Assembly (NCBI GenBank): GCA_038131935.1
Contig: JAYPQH010000018.1
Span: forward strand, 128,001 to 192,000
Direction of reading: 5' to 3'
Source of the DNA: Alphaproteobacteria bacterium
GTDB taxonomy: Bacteria > Pseudomonadota > Alphaproteobacteria > UBA8317
Length of the DNA stretch: 64,000 nucleotides
The notes beneath the pieces were generated by a model that saw only the letters and a list, made by a program, of their open reading frames with translations, had not been told where the DNA came from and did not search any database. Shown here piece by piece: positions 23,372 to 32,229 of this stretch (positions are counted from its first letter, which is position 1; each line of letters begins with the position of its first letter). The position numbers and the translations under genes were made by a program.

Positions 23372-25635
23372 GGGTCCCCCTGGTCCATACGACCTGTGAT
23401 AGCATGGACTTGCTGTTCCAACCAACCACTTAAAGCAGGATCAGCTTGGTGAAGCTGGGTTAAAAACACGTTCTCTAACGCCCCAAGATCGAGTTGCGGG
23501 ATCAAACGCTTGATCAAAGGCACGGACGCTGGCGACATGGATAAATTGTCATAGCCCAACAGCATGAGCGCCAACGCACCCTCTGGGCGACCCGCCATTT
23601 CACCACATACAGAACAATCCACTTGAGATTGATCTGCCAATGTTTTGATACGCGCCAACACCCGCAACAATGCCACGGGATTGCGCCCATATCGATTTGC
23701 AACCCGTGCATTTCCACGATCTGCGGCATGCAAAAATTGATTAAGATCATTGGTACCTACCGCCACAAATGACACCCATCTGGCAATTTCTGGGATCATC
23801 TCCACCAAGGAAGGCACCTCAAGCATGACACCCAACTCGAGTTTCTCGGGAACATCATACCCCAATTTTTTGACCGCATCATACTCATGCTGTGCGATGG
23901 TGACGGCTGCTTCCAATTCGTCAATAGAGGCAACCATGGGAAACATGATGCGAAAATGTCGACCTTGTGATGCCTTCAGCATACAGCGCAACTGAAACCG
24001 CAAAAATGTCGGACGATCCAAACAAATCCGAATCGCACGCCAGCCTAGCGCAGGGTTATCATCACCAATTTTTTGTGCGTAAGGAAGCAGTTTGTCACCA
24101 CCAAGATCAAGCGTACGAAAGGTAACCAACTGGCCAGCTGCTGCCTCTAAGATATCATCATAAAACTTGATTTCAGCCCCTGCAGCAGGAAGACCAGGGG
24201 CGATCATATAATGCAATTCTGTTCGAAATAGCCCAACACCATCGCCATGCAACCGACTTACTTCCAGCACATCCTCACGCAAACCCGCATTGATACAGAC
24301 CTTCATGCGTTGCCCATCAGCGGTTATGGGGAGGGAAGCTGAAGTCTCAGCATCCCACTGATTGCGCAAACGCATCAAACGAACACGTTCAGACAAATTC
24401 TCCAAAACGGCTTCGGTGGGACGAACGTGAAGTTGTCCTGCATCACCATCAATGACCAGCACATCCCCCTCTCGGACGACATCTTCAGCCACCACGGTCT
24501 TGCCAATCATAGGGATACCCAAAGCCTTGGCCAATATGACAACATGAGAGGTCGGCGTTGCCTCTTCAACCACCAAGCCTTTCAATCTGGCCCGGTCATA
24601 ATCAAGTAGCTCTGCAGGTCCCAAGGTACGGGCAAGCAAAATGGCATTCTCTGGTATAGGTTCCACCCGCTCCCCGAGGACCCCAAGGGCACGAAACATG
24701 CGATGAGCGAGGTCATCCAGATCGTGAATACGCTCCCGAAAATACAGATTGGGTTGCCGCAACAAGCGCGCCCGCATGTCAGCATGCACCCGTTCCACAG
24801 CCGCCTCTGCTGAGAGGCCTTGCTCCACCGCCATGCGCATCCGTCGCAACCATCCATGATCTGCCGCGAACATACGCATGGTCTCCAAAACCTGCTCAAG
24901 CTCCCCCTCGGCTTCGTCTTGATAAGGTGCGCTCAGGGCTTCAAGTTCCGCTCGAACTTGCAAGACCGCGTCTTCCAAGCGCTTGAGTTCAGCCTTGGGA
25001 TCATCGGCAAGCAACCGCGATAACGAAACACGCAAATCATGAAACACCGCCTGCCCACGGGCAATACCATCAGCCAACGAGAGTCCTTCAACGGTTTGAG
25101 GGCGTTGGATATCTGCAATCATCACATCGCTGGGCTCAAGGGGTATCAATACCCCTACCACCAGCTCTGCCACCACCATGGCAACGATTTCGAGGGCCTC
25201 CACCTCATCATCTAGGTAGCCATGCTCCAAGCGATGCTGAATGGTCAAAACACCAATCACCTGCCCACCATGCAAAATGGGAACCCCAAGAAAACTAGAA
25301 AATGCTTCTTCACCTGTTTCTGGACGGTAGGCAAAGTCTGGACTGAGGCTCGCTTGGAGCAAACGTAATGGTTTTGCACGCCGTGCGATACGACCCGTCA
25401 GGCCCTCACCGAAGCGTAATGTGGTGTGATGAACTGCTTTTTGAGCCAAACCAAAGGTGGCAAACAATTCCAACATTTCATGGCGCCGGCTAAGATAAAT
25501 GGAGCATACATCCGCAGCTGACCCTTCCGCAATCGCGGTGACAATATTATTCAGCTTTGACTGGGCATCGCCAGCTCCCGCCATAATATCACGCACCAGG
25601 CGCAAGGTTGTGCGAGATGATACATCCAATGCCAT
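23368..25635 (-). CDS. ptsP: GAF-containing PEP-protein phosphotransferase EI-Ntr
   Basis: GAF domain, TSHVVILA, GVGLFRTE, RTLDLGGDK, MLEVP, GTNDL, CGEMAG. Confidence 0.96.
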   Translation of the reverse strand: MALDVSSRTTLRLVRDIMAGAGDAQSKLNNIVTAIAEGSAADVCSIYLSRRHEMLELFATFGLAQKAVHHTTLRFGEGLTGRIARRAKPLRLLQASLSPDFAYRPETGEEAFSSFLGVPILHGGQVIGVLTIQHRLEHGYLDDEVEALEIVAMVVAELVVGVLIPLEPSDVMIADIQRPQTVEGLSLADGIARGQAVFHDLRVSLSRLLADDPKAELKRLEDAVLQVRAELEALSAPYQDEAEGELEQVLETMRMFAADHGWLRRMRMAVEQGLSAEAAVERVHADMRARLLRQPNLYFRERIHDLDDLAHRMFRALGVLGERVEPIPENAILLARTLGPAELLDYDRARLKGLVVEEATPTSHVVILAKALGIPMIGKTVVAEDVVREGDVLVIDGDAGQLHVRPTEAVLENLSERVRLMRLRNQWDAETSASLPITADGQRMKVCINAGLREDVLEVSRLHGDGVGLFRTELHYMIAPGLPAAGAEIKFYDDILEAAAGQLVTFRTLDLGGDKLLPYAQKIGDDNPALGWRAIRICLDRPTFLRFQLRCMLKASQGRHFRIMFPMVASIDELEAAVTIAQHEYDAVKKLGYDVPEKLELGVMLEVPSLVEMIPEIARWVSFVAVGTNDLNQFLHAADRGNARVANRYGRNPVALLRVLARIKTLADQSQVDCSVCGEMAGRPEGALALMLLGYDNLSMSPASVPLIKRLIPQLDLGALENVFLTQLHQADPALSGWLEQQVHAITGRMDQGDP

Positions 25636-25637
25636 AT

Positions 25638-26873
25638 TTACTGAGCCTGTTGTGCTTGAGCCAAACCATAAGCTTCATGCAAAGAGCGCACAGCAAGCTC
25701 CGTGTAGGCCTCATCAATCAAAACAGAGATTTTGATCTCTGAGGTTGTGATGGCCAAAATATTGATGCTCCGCTCAGCCAGGCAAGCGAACATTTTTGCC
25801 GCCACACCCGCATGTGAGCGCATACCAATTCCGATGATGGAGATTTTTGAAACCCCAGGTTTGAAAATCACCTCTTCGGCTTGCATCATATCTTGCAACT
25901 GATCGAGCACTTCACGGGCCTTGGCAACCTGATCGTCCAAAACCGTGAAGGTAATATCAGCCTGTTCTCCATCTGACGAGATATTTTGAATGATCATATC
26001 CACATTCAAACCCGCATCGGCCAAAGGACCAAAAATTTGGGCGGCAACACCAGGGCGATCTTTGACCCCCCGCAACGTCACCTGAGCCTCATTGCGTGAG
26101 TAGGCAACACCTGTGACAACTTCCTGCTCCATAATTTCCTCCTCTGGGCATACGATCGTACCTGGGGTTTCTGGTGCGAATGAAGAACGCACACATAAGC
26201 GAACTTGATGAACATAGGCCATCTCAACGGACCTCGTCTGTAAGACTTTTGCGCCTAAGGATGCCATTTCCAACATTTCTTCAAAGGCAATCATGGGTCG
26301 CTTGCGCGCTTGGGGAACGATTCGAGGATCTGTCGTGTAGACCCCATCCACATCGGTGTAGATATCACATCGATCAGCCCCCAAGGCGGCCGCCAAAGCC
26401 ACCGCTGATGTATCAGAACCACCACGGCCTAATGTGGTGATCCGACCTGCATCAGAAATACCCTGGAAGCCTGCAACCACCGCGCAAACACCTTGCGAAA
26501 ATCTTTCTTCAATGCCCGCCACGTCGATAGATTGAATGCGCGCGGCTCCATGCATATCCGTTGTCCGAATGGGCAATTGCCACCCCAACCATGAGCGCGC
26601 CGGCACACCCAAATCATTTAATGCCATGGCCAGCAAACCAACTGTGATTTGCTCACCTGTCGCCACCACCGTGTCATATTCCCTTGTGTCATGCACTTGG
26701 GCAATATTGCGTGTCCAACCAACCAATTGATTGGTGGTCCCAGCCATGGCGGAGACCACCACAGCGATCTCATGACCTGCGTCAGCTTGTGCCTTCACTG
26801 TTCTGGCCACATGCTGAATTCGCTCTATATCACCTACCGACGTACCGCCGAATTTCATTACTATACGCGCCAT
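25638..26873 (-). CDS. lysC: Aspartate kinase
   Basis: KFGGTSV, VVSAM, LGRGGSDTSA, TDVDGVYTTDP, two ACT domains. Confidence 0.97.
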   Translation of the reverse strand: MARIVMKFGGTSVGDIERIQHVARTVKAQADAGHEIAVVVSAMAGTTNQLVGWTRNIAQVHDTREYDTVVATGEQITVGLLAMALNDLGVPARSWLGWQLPIRTTDMHGAARIQSIDVAGIEERFSQGVCAVVAGFQGISDAGRITTLGRGGSDTSAVALAAALGADRCDIYTDVDGVYTTDPRIVPQARKRPMIAFEEMLEMASLGAKVLQTRSVEMAYVHQVRLCVRSSFAPETPGTIVCPEEEIMEQEVVTGVAYSRNEAQVTLRGVKDRPGVAAQIFGPLADAGLNVDMIIQNISSDGEQADITFTVLDDQVAKAREVLDQLQDMMQAEEVIFKPGVSKISIIGIGMRSHAGVAAKMFACLAERSINILAITTSEIKISVLIDEAYTELAVRSLHEAYGLAQAQQAQ

Positions 26874-27057
26874 CGCTTTCCTTATATCCCCCAGTTTGAG
26901 GAAGCCTTTGGATGGAAAACCACCCTTGGCCTGCATTCCAACCCTGAGGTATTAAAGATAAGGGGAAGTGGCAAGATGGCGCGGCCACCTCATGAAGATG
27001 AAAAGATGATAATAACTTGGCAAGACGCTGCAAAGAAGACCGGAAAGAAGATTTTTT

Positions 27058-27834
27058 ATGATGGCACCACGACCCAGTAAGACCGCAAAACATAGCAGCC
27101 AAGAAACTGCCCATGCCCGTCGGGTTGATCCTCTAGAAACGGCACAATTCGCCCAGCACGCAAAAGATTGGTGGGACCCCCAAGGGTCCATGGCGATGTT
27201 GCATGAAATCAACCCCACCCGCATGGGATATATCAGGCAAATGCTGTCAGGGCCTCAGCCCCAAGAAAAACCCTTGAAAGGTATGCGCATTTGTGATCTC
27301 GGTTGTGGTGCTGGGTTGGTGAGTTTGGCTTTATCCCGTTTGGGTGCGGACGTCACTGGCCTTGATGCCACCGCAGCATTGATTTTGGCAGGCCAGCAAC
27401 AAGCCCGAACAGAAGGCTTACCGGTTACGTTTTTGCATATGACATCTGACCAATTGGCTGCAGAGGGCACGGTATTTGATCATCTTGTGTGCTTGGAAAT
27501 GCTGGAGCATGTCCCTGACCCCCAGAGTATCATTGATGATGCAGCCGCCCTCTTGCGTCCTGGCGGCACAGCTATTTTTTCCACGTTAAACCGAACGACA
27601 AAATCCTTTTTTGGTGGGATTCTTTTTGCCGAATATCTGGCAGGCTGGGTTCCGCGGGGGACCCATCAATGGCGCCGCTTTATCAAACCTGATGAATTGA
27701 TCGAAATGACCAAAAAAGCAGGGTTTCAAGCCAAAGACGTCACAGGCATGTCGTACGACCCTCTGCGCGGTATTTTTCATTTAAGCGATGACCAGAGCAT
27801 CAACTATTTTCTAACGGTTGAAAAACAAACCTAA
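27058..27834 (+). CDS. ubiG: Ubiquinone biosynthesis O-methyltransferase
   Basis: WWDPQG..LHEINPTR, DLGCGAG, EMLEHV, STLNRT, GTHQWRRFIKP. Confidence 0.94.
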   Translation: MMAPRPSKTAKHSSQETAHARRVDPLETAQFAQHAKDWWDPQGSMAMLHEINPTRMGYIRQMLSGPQPQEKPLKGMRICDLGCGAGLVSLALSRLGADVTGLDATAALILAGQQQARTEGLPVTFLHMTSDQLAAEGTVFDHLVCLEMLEHVPDPQSIIDDAAALLRPGGTAIFSTLNRTTKSFFGGILFAEYLAGWVPRGTHQWRRFIKPDELIEMTKKAGFQAKDVTGMSYDPLRGIFHLSDDQSINYFLTVEKQT

Positions 27835-28241
27835 TTTTGGGTTTTTGGGTCAGGCGCCAACGGCATGACTTGGATACCTTCCTCATGCAAAGCCTGAATA
27901 TCAGGAAGGCTTGCTTCCCCGACGATGGGACGTTCCTCGACTTCACCATAATGGATCTTGCGGGCCTCTTCTGGAAATTTATCCCCCACGACATGTGCCT
28001 CCTCGCGCACCTTCTTCGACCAAGCCCGCCAACTTTCCAACAAAGCTTTTTGAGCAACGTCCTTTGCCGCACGCTCTGGGGAGGCAATACGTGGGGTCAT
28101 GAGCGCTTTGTCTACCTGCTGCGAACCACATTGCGCGCACAACAAAAGGCCATCTTGACGCTGCTGTTCATAGGCATCAGATGAAGAAAACCAAGCTTCA
28201 AATTCATGTCCATCATCACATGACAGGGTAAATTTGATCAT
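27831..28241 (-). CDS. DUF1178 family protein
   Basis: MIKFTLSC..GHEFEAWF, CAQCGS, KALMTP, VGDKFPEEARKIHYGE. Confidence 0.92.
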   Translation of the reverse strand: MIKFTLSCDDGHEFEAWFSSSDAYEQQRQDGLLLCAQCGSQQVDKALMTPRIASPERAAKDVAQKALLESWRAWSKKVREEAHVVGDKFPEEARKIHYGEVEERPIVGEASLPDIQALHEEGIQVMPLAPDPKTQN

Positions 28242-28289
28242 TCCATACTCCTTCCCTCCCATAGACATGGGTGCACAACACCCCTTTGG

Positions 28290-29114
28290 TCAAGATGATC
28301 GCGACCAACTGCGCGCCAAGCTGGTGGTTGGCAAGCGTTCACGGGCTTCAGAAATTTTGGCTTTATCCAAATCAACCCATGCCAAAGCTGCCCCCACCCC
28401 CATATCCAAGAGAACATCACCCCAAGGGTCAATAACTAAGGAATGACCATAGGTTTGACGCCCATCCTCATGCCCTCCACTTTGTGCGGCTGCCACAACA
28501 AAGCAGCCATGCTCAATGGCCCGAGCACGCAACAATACCTCCCAATGTTTCTCACCTGTGGGACGGGCAAATGATGATGGGATAAGAAATATATCAGCGC
28601 CCAAATCTCGAAGATCTTTGTAAAGAGAGGGGAAACGCATATCAAAACAGATGCTCAACCCAAAAGACATGCCCTCGTGAGACAGGGAGACCAAACGATC
28701 ACCAGCACAAAAGCTTTGAGATTCTTGATATTGCTCCCCATTTGGTAAGAACGCGTCATACAAATGGATTTTGTCATAATGGGCCCGCACGGCTTGATCA
28801 GGATCAATCCATAAAGAACGGTTTGCAAAACGACCAGGATCTTGCTCCCCAAGAGGCCAAGGTAAGGAGCCTAAGGCCAATGCAATGCCAACATGTGCAA
28901 CGGCATCTTCCAAACGCTTTATATAATCACGAGCTTTCTGCTGGGTCCAATGTTGCGCCATCCGTTTTCGGTCTCGGTCCAGCAACAAAGCCATTTCTGG
29001 GGTAGCCAAGAGGCTTGCACCCTCGGCACCCGCCCAGCGGAGATCCTTGATGATCTGTTTTAAATTTGCATCAGGATCAATACCTGTTTGGGTTTGAGCG
29101 ACCGCAACACGCAT
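28290..29114 (-). CDS. Carbon-nitrogen hydrolase (Nit1/deaminated glutathione amidase-like)
   Basis: TPE, YDKIHL, ICFDMRFP, LLRARAIE, TYGHS. Confidence 0.92.
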   Translation of the reverse strand: MRVAVAQTQTGIDPDANLKQIIKDLRWAGAEGASLLATPEMALLLDRDRKRMAQHWTQQKARDYIKRLEDAVAHVGIALALGSLPWPLGEQDPGRFANRSLWIDPDQAVRAHYDKIHLYDAFLPNGEQYQESQSFCAGDRLVSLSHEGMSFGLSICFDMRFPSLYKDLRDLGADIFLIPSSFARPTGEKHWEVLLRARAIEHGCFVVAAAQSGGHEDGRQTYGHSLVIDPWGDVLLDMGVGAALAWVDLDKAKISEARERLPTTSLARSWSRSS

Positions 29115-29122
29115 CAGAATTG

Positions 29123-29386
29123 TTATCCTGCCAACAATGCGTCAAGTTTGCCCGAAGCTTCCAAGGCATACAGTTCATCACAACCACCAAGAGCTAGATC
29201 ATCGACGAAGATCTGCGGAACAGTCGACGCCCCTCCTGATCTTTTGCTCATTTGCTGACGCAAGTCTGGAGAAAATGTCACATCAATTTCCTCAAAACCA
29301 ACACCTTTTGCCGTCAGCAATTTTTTTGCACGCGTGCAGAATGGACACATCATTGCAGTATAAATTTGCACAGCTTTTGTTGCCAT
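29123..29386 (-). CDS. grxC: Glutaredoxin 3
   Basis: CPFC, TVPQIF, GGCDEL. Confidence 0.94.
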   Translation of the reverse strand: MATKAVQIYTAMMCPFCTRAKKLLTAKGVGFEEIDVTFSPDLRQQMSKRSGGASTVPQIFVDDLALGGCDELYALEASGKLDALLAG

Positions 29387-29448
29387 CATCACTCTCCCAA
29401 AACTTGCCATTCCTCTTGACTCCATCATATGGGGGGATGGGAGGCATT

Positions 29449-30165
29449 ATGGCAAGACAACAGATACAAAAACCATTTTCAGAGCAACGACATCGACTAC
29501 ATGTGATGCGTGCGCAAAAGATAACATCAGAGGCACGCTTTCTGCTTCAGGATATCTTTGAAGCTTGGCAACTTAAACTGGCACTTCTTGATCGCCCCTT
29601 TGTGAGCGCTTTAGAGCTCAGTGCCATGCCCCCCATGGCCGAGAGCTTAGGGATCGACGCACCTCATATTCAACATATAAGCGCCCTTGAAGGCAGCTAT
29701 GATCTGATCATGGCGCCATTGCTTTTGGATGTAGCAAATGATCCTGCCATGGCCTTGAGGCGCTGTTGGGAACATTTACAGCCCGATGGTGTCCTTTTAA
29801 CGGCCTGTTTGGGTGAAGATAATCTGCGTGATTTTGTCCAAGCCGTGATGCATACAGAAATGTCTCAATCACAAGGAGCCGCCGCGCGCTTTCATCCAAG
29901 AATATCTCTACAAGACATAGCCGGACTTGCCGTGCATGTTGGCTTCACCAACCCAGTGGTGGACAAAGATCAATTATCAGTGCGCTACCAACATCTTCAT
30001 AGTTTTGCCAAAGACATGCGCGCCCATGGCTTACAAAATAGCCTCACCGATATTCGGCCCCTCACCAAAACATTGCTTCACGAAATCAACGAAAAGCTTC
30101 TCGGACCACAAAGTACGCCTTTGCGTTTTGAAATCCTCCATCTCACCGCATTTCGCAGCTCATGA
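29449..30165 (+). CDS. NDUFAF5/BioC-like class I methyltransferase-fold protein (divergent)
   Basis: LQPDGVLL, RFHP, GFTNPVVD, DMRAHG; divergent from grxC as in other alphaproteobacteria. Confidence 0.7.
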   Translation: MARQQIQKPFSEQRHRLHVMRAQKITSEARFLLQDIFEAWQLKLALLDRPFVSALELSAMPPMAESLGIDAPHIQHISALEGSYDLIMAPLLLDVANDPAMALRRCWEHLQPDGVLLTACLGEDNLRDFVQAVMHTEMSQSQGAAARFHPRISLQDIAGLAVHVGFTNPVVDKDQLSVRYQHLHSFAKDMRAHGLQNSLTDIRPLTKTLLHEINEKLLGPQSTPLRFEILHLTAFRSS

Positions 30166-30570
30166 ACGCAAAATATCCTGCAGATACGGAATAAGCGGAA
30201 GGTCTGCCTCCGGCATGGGGTACCCACGCAAGAGGGACGCTCTGACCCATTTGAGCTGTTGTTGTTCACGCCCTTGTGGCTGGCCTTGCCAGCGACGGCA
30301 AATATAAAGCGGCATGAGCAGGTGGAAGTCTGCATAGGCATGGGATGCAAAGGTAAGCGGGGCAAGGCAATCTTCATGGGTTGTCACCCCCAGTTCTTCC
30401 ATCAACTCACGGCAGAGCGTTTGCTCAGGGGTCTCACCCAACTCCCACTTGCCGCCTGGGAATTCCCATAACCCCGCCATAGATTTCCCTTCTGGACGTT
30501 GCGCCAACAACACCCGCTCGTCGGCATCAACAAGCGCCACGGCCACCACCAAAAGCATATTGTTTGTCAC
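30160..30570 (-). CDS. mutT: 8-oxo-dGTP diphosphatase (Nudix)
   Basis: LAQRPEGKSMAGLWEFPGGK...RELMEELG. Confidence 0.92.
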   Translation of the reverse strand: MTNNMLLVVAVALVDADERVLLAQRPEGKSMAGLWEFPGGKWELGETPEQTLCRELMEELGVTTHEDCLAPLTFASHAYADFHLLMPLYICRRWQGQPQGREQQQLKWVRASLLRGYPMPEADLPLIPYLQDILRS

Positions 30571-30618
30571 GCCATATCCTCCCCGGCCTTGGTTTGCCCC
30601 CCGTTTGGTACGACCAAC

Positions 30619-32022
30619 CTAACTTCGGTAGTCCGCGTTGATCCGGATATAGCCATGGGTCAAATCGCAGGTCCATACAGTGGAGCGCGACCGACCAACA
30701 CCAACATCAACCTCAATATCAATATGCTGGCCTTGCATGTAACGGCTCATCACGGTTTCATCATAATCAGGATCACGCATTCCTTGTTGGGCAACCCGAT
30801 AGCCCCCGAAGGCGATCATGAGCTTATCACGATCTGCCTGCTCACCTGACTTCCCGACCGCCATGACAACCCGTCCCCAGTTGGCGTCTTCACCTGCGAT
30901 GGCGGTTTTCACGAGAGGTGAGTTGGCAATCGACATCGCAATGCGCCTTGCTGCATGAGCACTTGCAGCACCTGTGACCGTGATGGTGATGAATTTGGTG
31001 GCCCCTTCCCCATCACACACCACCTGTCGGGCCAAATCTTGCATCAAATCATCGAGCTTTTCTCGAAAATCTTTGAGTCGGGGATCTGAAGCCCTGCGTA
31101 CGGGTTCATGACGAGCCTGGCTTGTTGCATACATCAAACACATATCAGAGGTTGAGGTATCGCCATCCACGGTGATCGCATTGAAGCTGTCCCGGGTGCT
31201 GGCCAACAGCATATTCTCCAAAACATTGGGGGGAATAGCTGCATCCGTCATCACAAATGACAACATGGTCGCCATATCTGGGGCAATCATCCCTGAACCT
31301 TTGGCAATTCCATTGATGGTGATTTTGGTACCATCGATTTCAGCGGTACGCGTTGCACCTTTTGCAAAGGTATCCGTGGTCATGATCGCAGCAGCGGCCT
31401 TTTCCCATGCCATTTGGCCGGTAGTTTGGTGGGCGCCTTCCACCATCTGGGCCAATTTCTGCGTAATGGGCACAACATCCAAAGGTTCACCAATGACACC
31501 TGTTGATGCCAGCGAAACATCCCGCGGATCAGCTTCGAGATGGTGCGCCATTTCGCGTGCCAATGTCTCACAAGCGGCATCTCCATGAGACCCTGTGAAG
31601 GCGTTCGCATTGCCGGCATTGACCAACAAACCTCTTGCACCACCATGACGGACAGCATCACGTGTCCATGTAACGGGGGCACCAGGGGTTTGAGATTGGG
31701 TGAACACACCTGCCACAGATGTACCCGGCGCGAAGGTGGCCAAAAGCAAATCGTCGCGGCCTTTATACCTCGAACCTGAACATGCGGTTGCCAGCCCAAC
31801 ACCTGCAACTGCCGGCATGGCAGGGAATCTTGCCGGGGCTAATGGTGAGCGGTTGGTGGACTTTTTGCTATCTTGCCCCATGGCGCGCGCAACCGCTTGC
31901 TTGGCGGCTTGTTTTGCCGCCTGTTTTGCGGTTTTTCGGATAATATCTCTGGTGGCCGCAATCAGGTCTTGTTCCAGCTGATCTAAGCCATGTTCATTGT
32001 CGGTTTTTTTGATGTCGGCCAT
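30619..32022 (-). CDS. argJ: Bifunctional ornithine acetyltransferase with N-terminal extension
   Basis: NAGNANA, STGVIG, IMTTDT, AKGSGMIAPDMATML, DTSTSD, DGEGATK, INADYRS. Confidence 0.96.
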   Translation of the reverse strand: MADIKKTDNEHGLDQLEQDLIAATRDIIRKTAKQAAKQAAKQAVARAMGQDSKKSTNRSPLAPARFPAMPAVAGVGLATACSGSRYKGRDDLLLATFAPGTSVAGVFTQSQTPGAPVTWTRDAVRHGGARGLLVNAGNANAFTGSHGDAACETLAREMAHHLEADPRDVSLASTGVIGEPLDVVPITQKLAQMVEGAHQTTGQMAWEKAAAAIMTTDTFAKGATRTAEIDGTKITINGIAKGSGMIAPDMATMLSFVMTDAAIPPNVLENMLLASTRDSFNAITVDGDTSTSDMCLMYATSQARHEPVRRASDPRLKDFREKLDDLMQDLARQVVCDGEGATKFITITVTGAASAHAARRIAMSIANSPLVKTAIAGEDANWGRVVMAVGKSGEQADRDKLMIAFGGYRVAQQGMRDPDYDETVMSRYMQGQHIDIEVDVGVGRSRSTVWTCDLTHGYIRINADYRS

Positions 32023-32229
32023 GATGATATCTCTTTTGTGTTTCAAAGGTCAGATAAAGCATATCTGCGCCTTTACGAAATTGCACATGCTTTGCGCAAG
32101 CAAACTCAAAACTTGATTGACGGCGTTGCACTGCCTACCTATGCGCAAGGCGTCTTGCGTATGATACAGGATTAGGTCCATGTACAGTGGCAAAGCTGTT
32201 TTTGATGCATAACTTACAAGAAAGTGACG

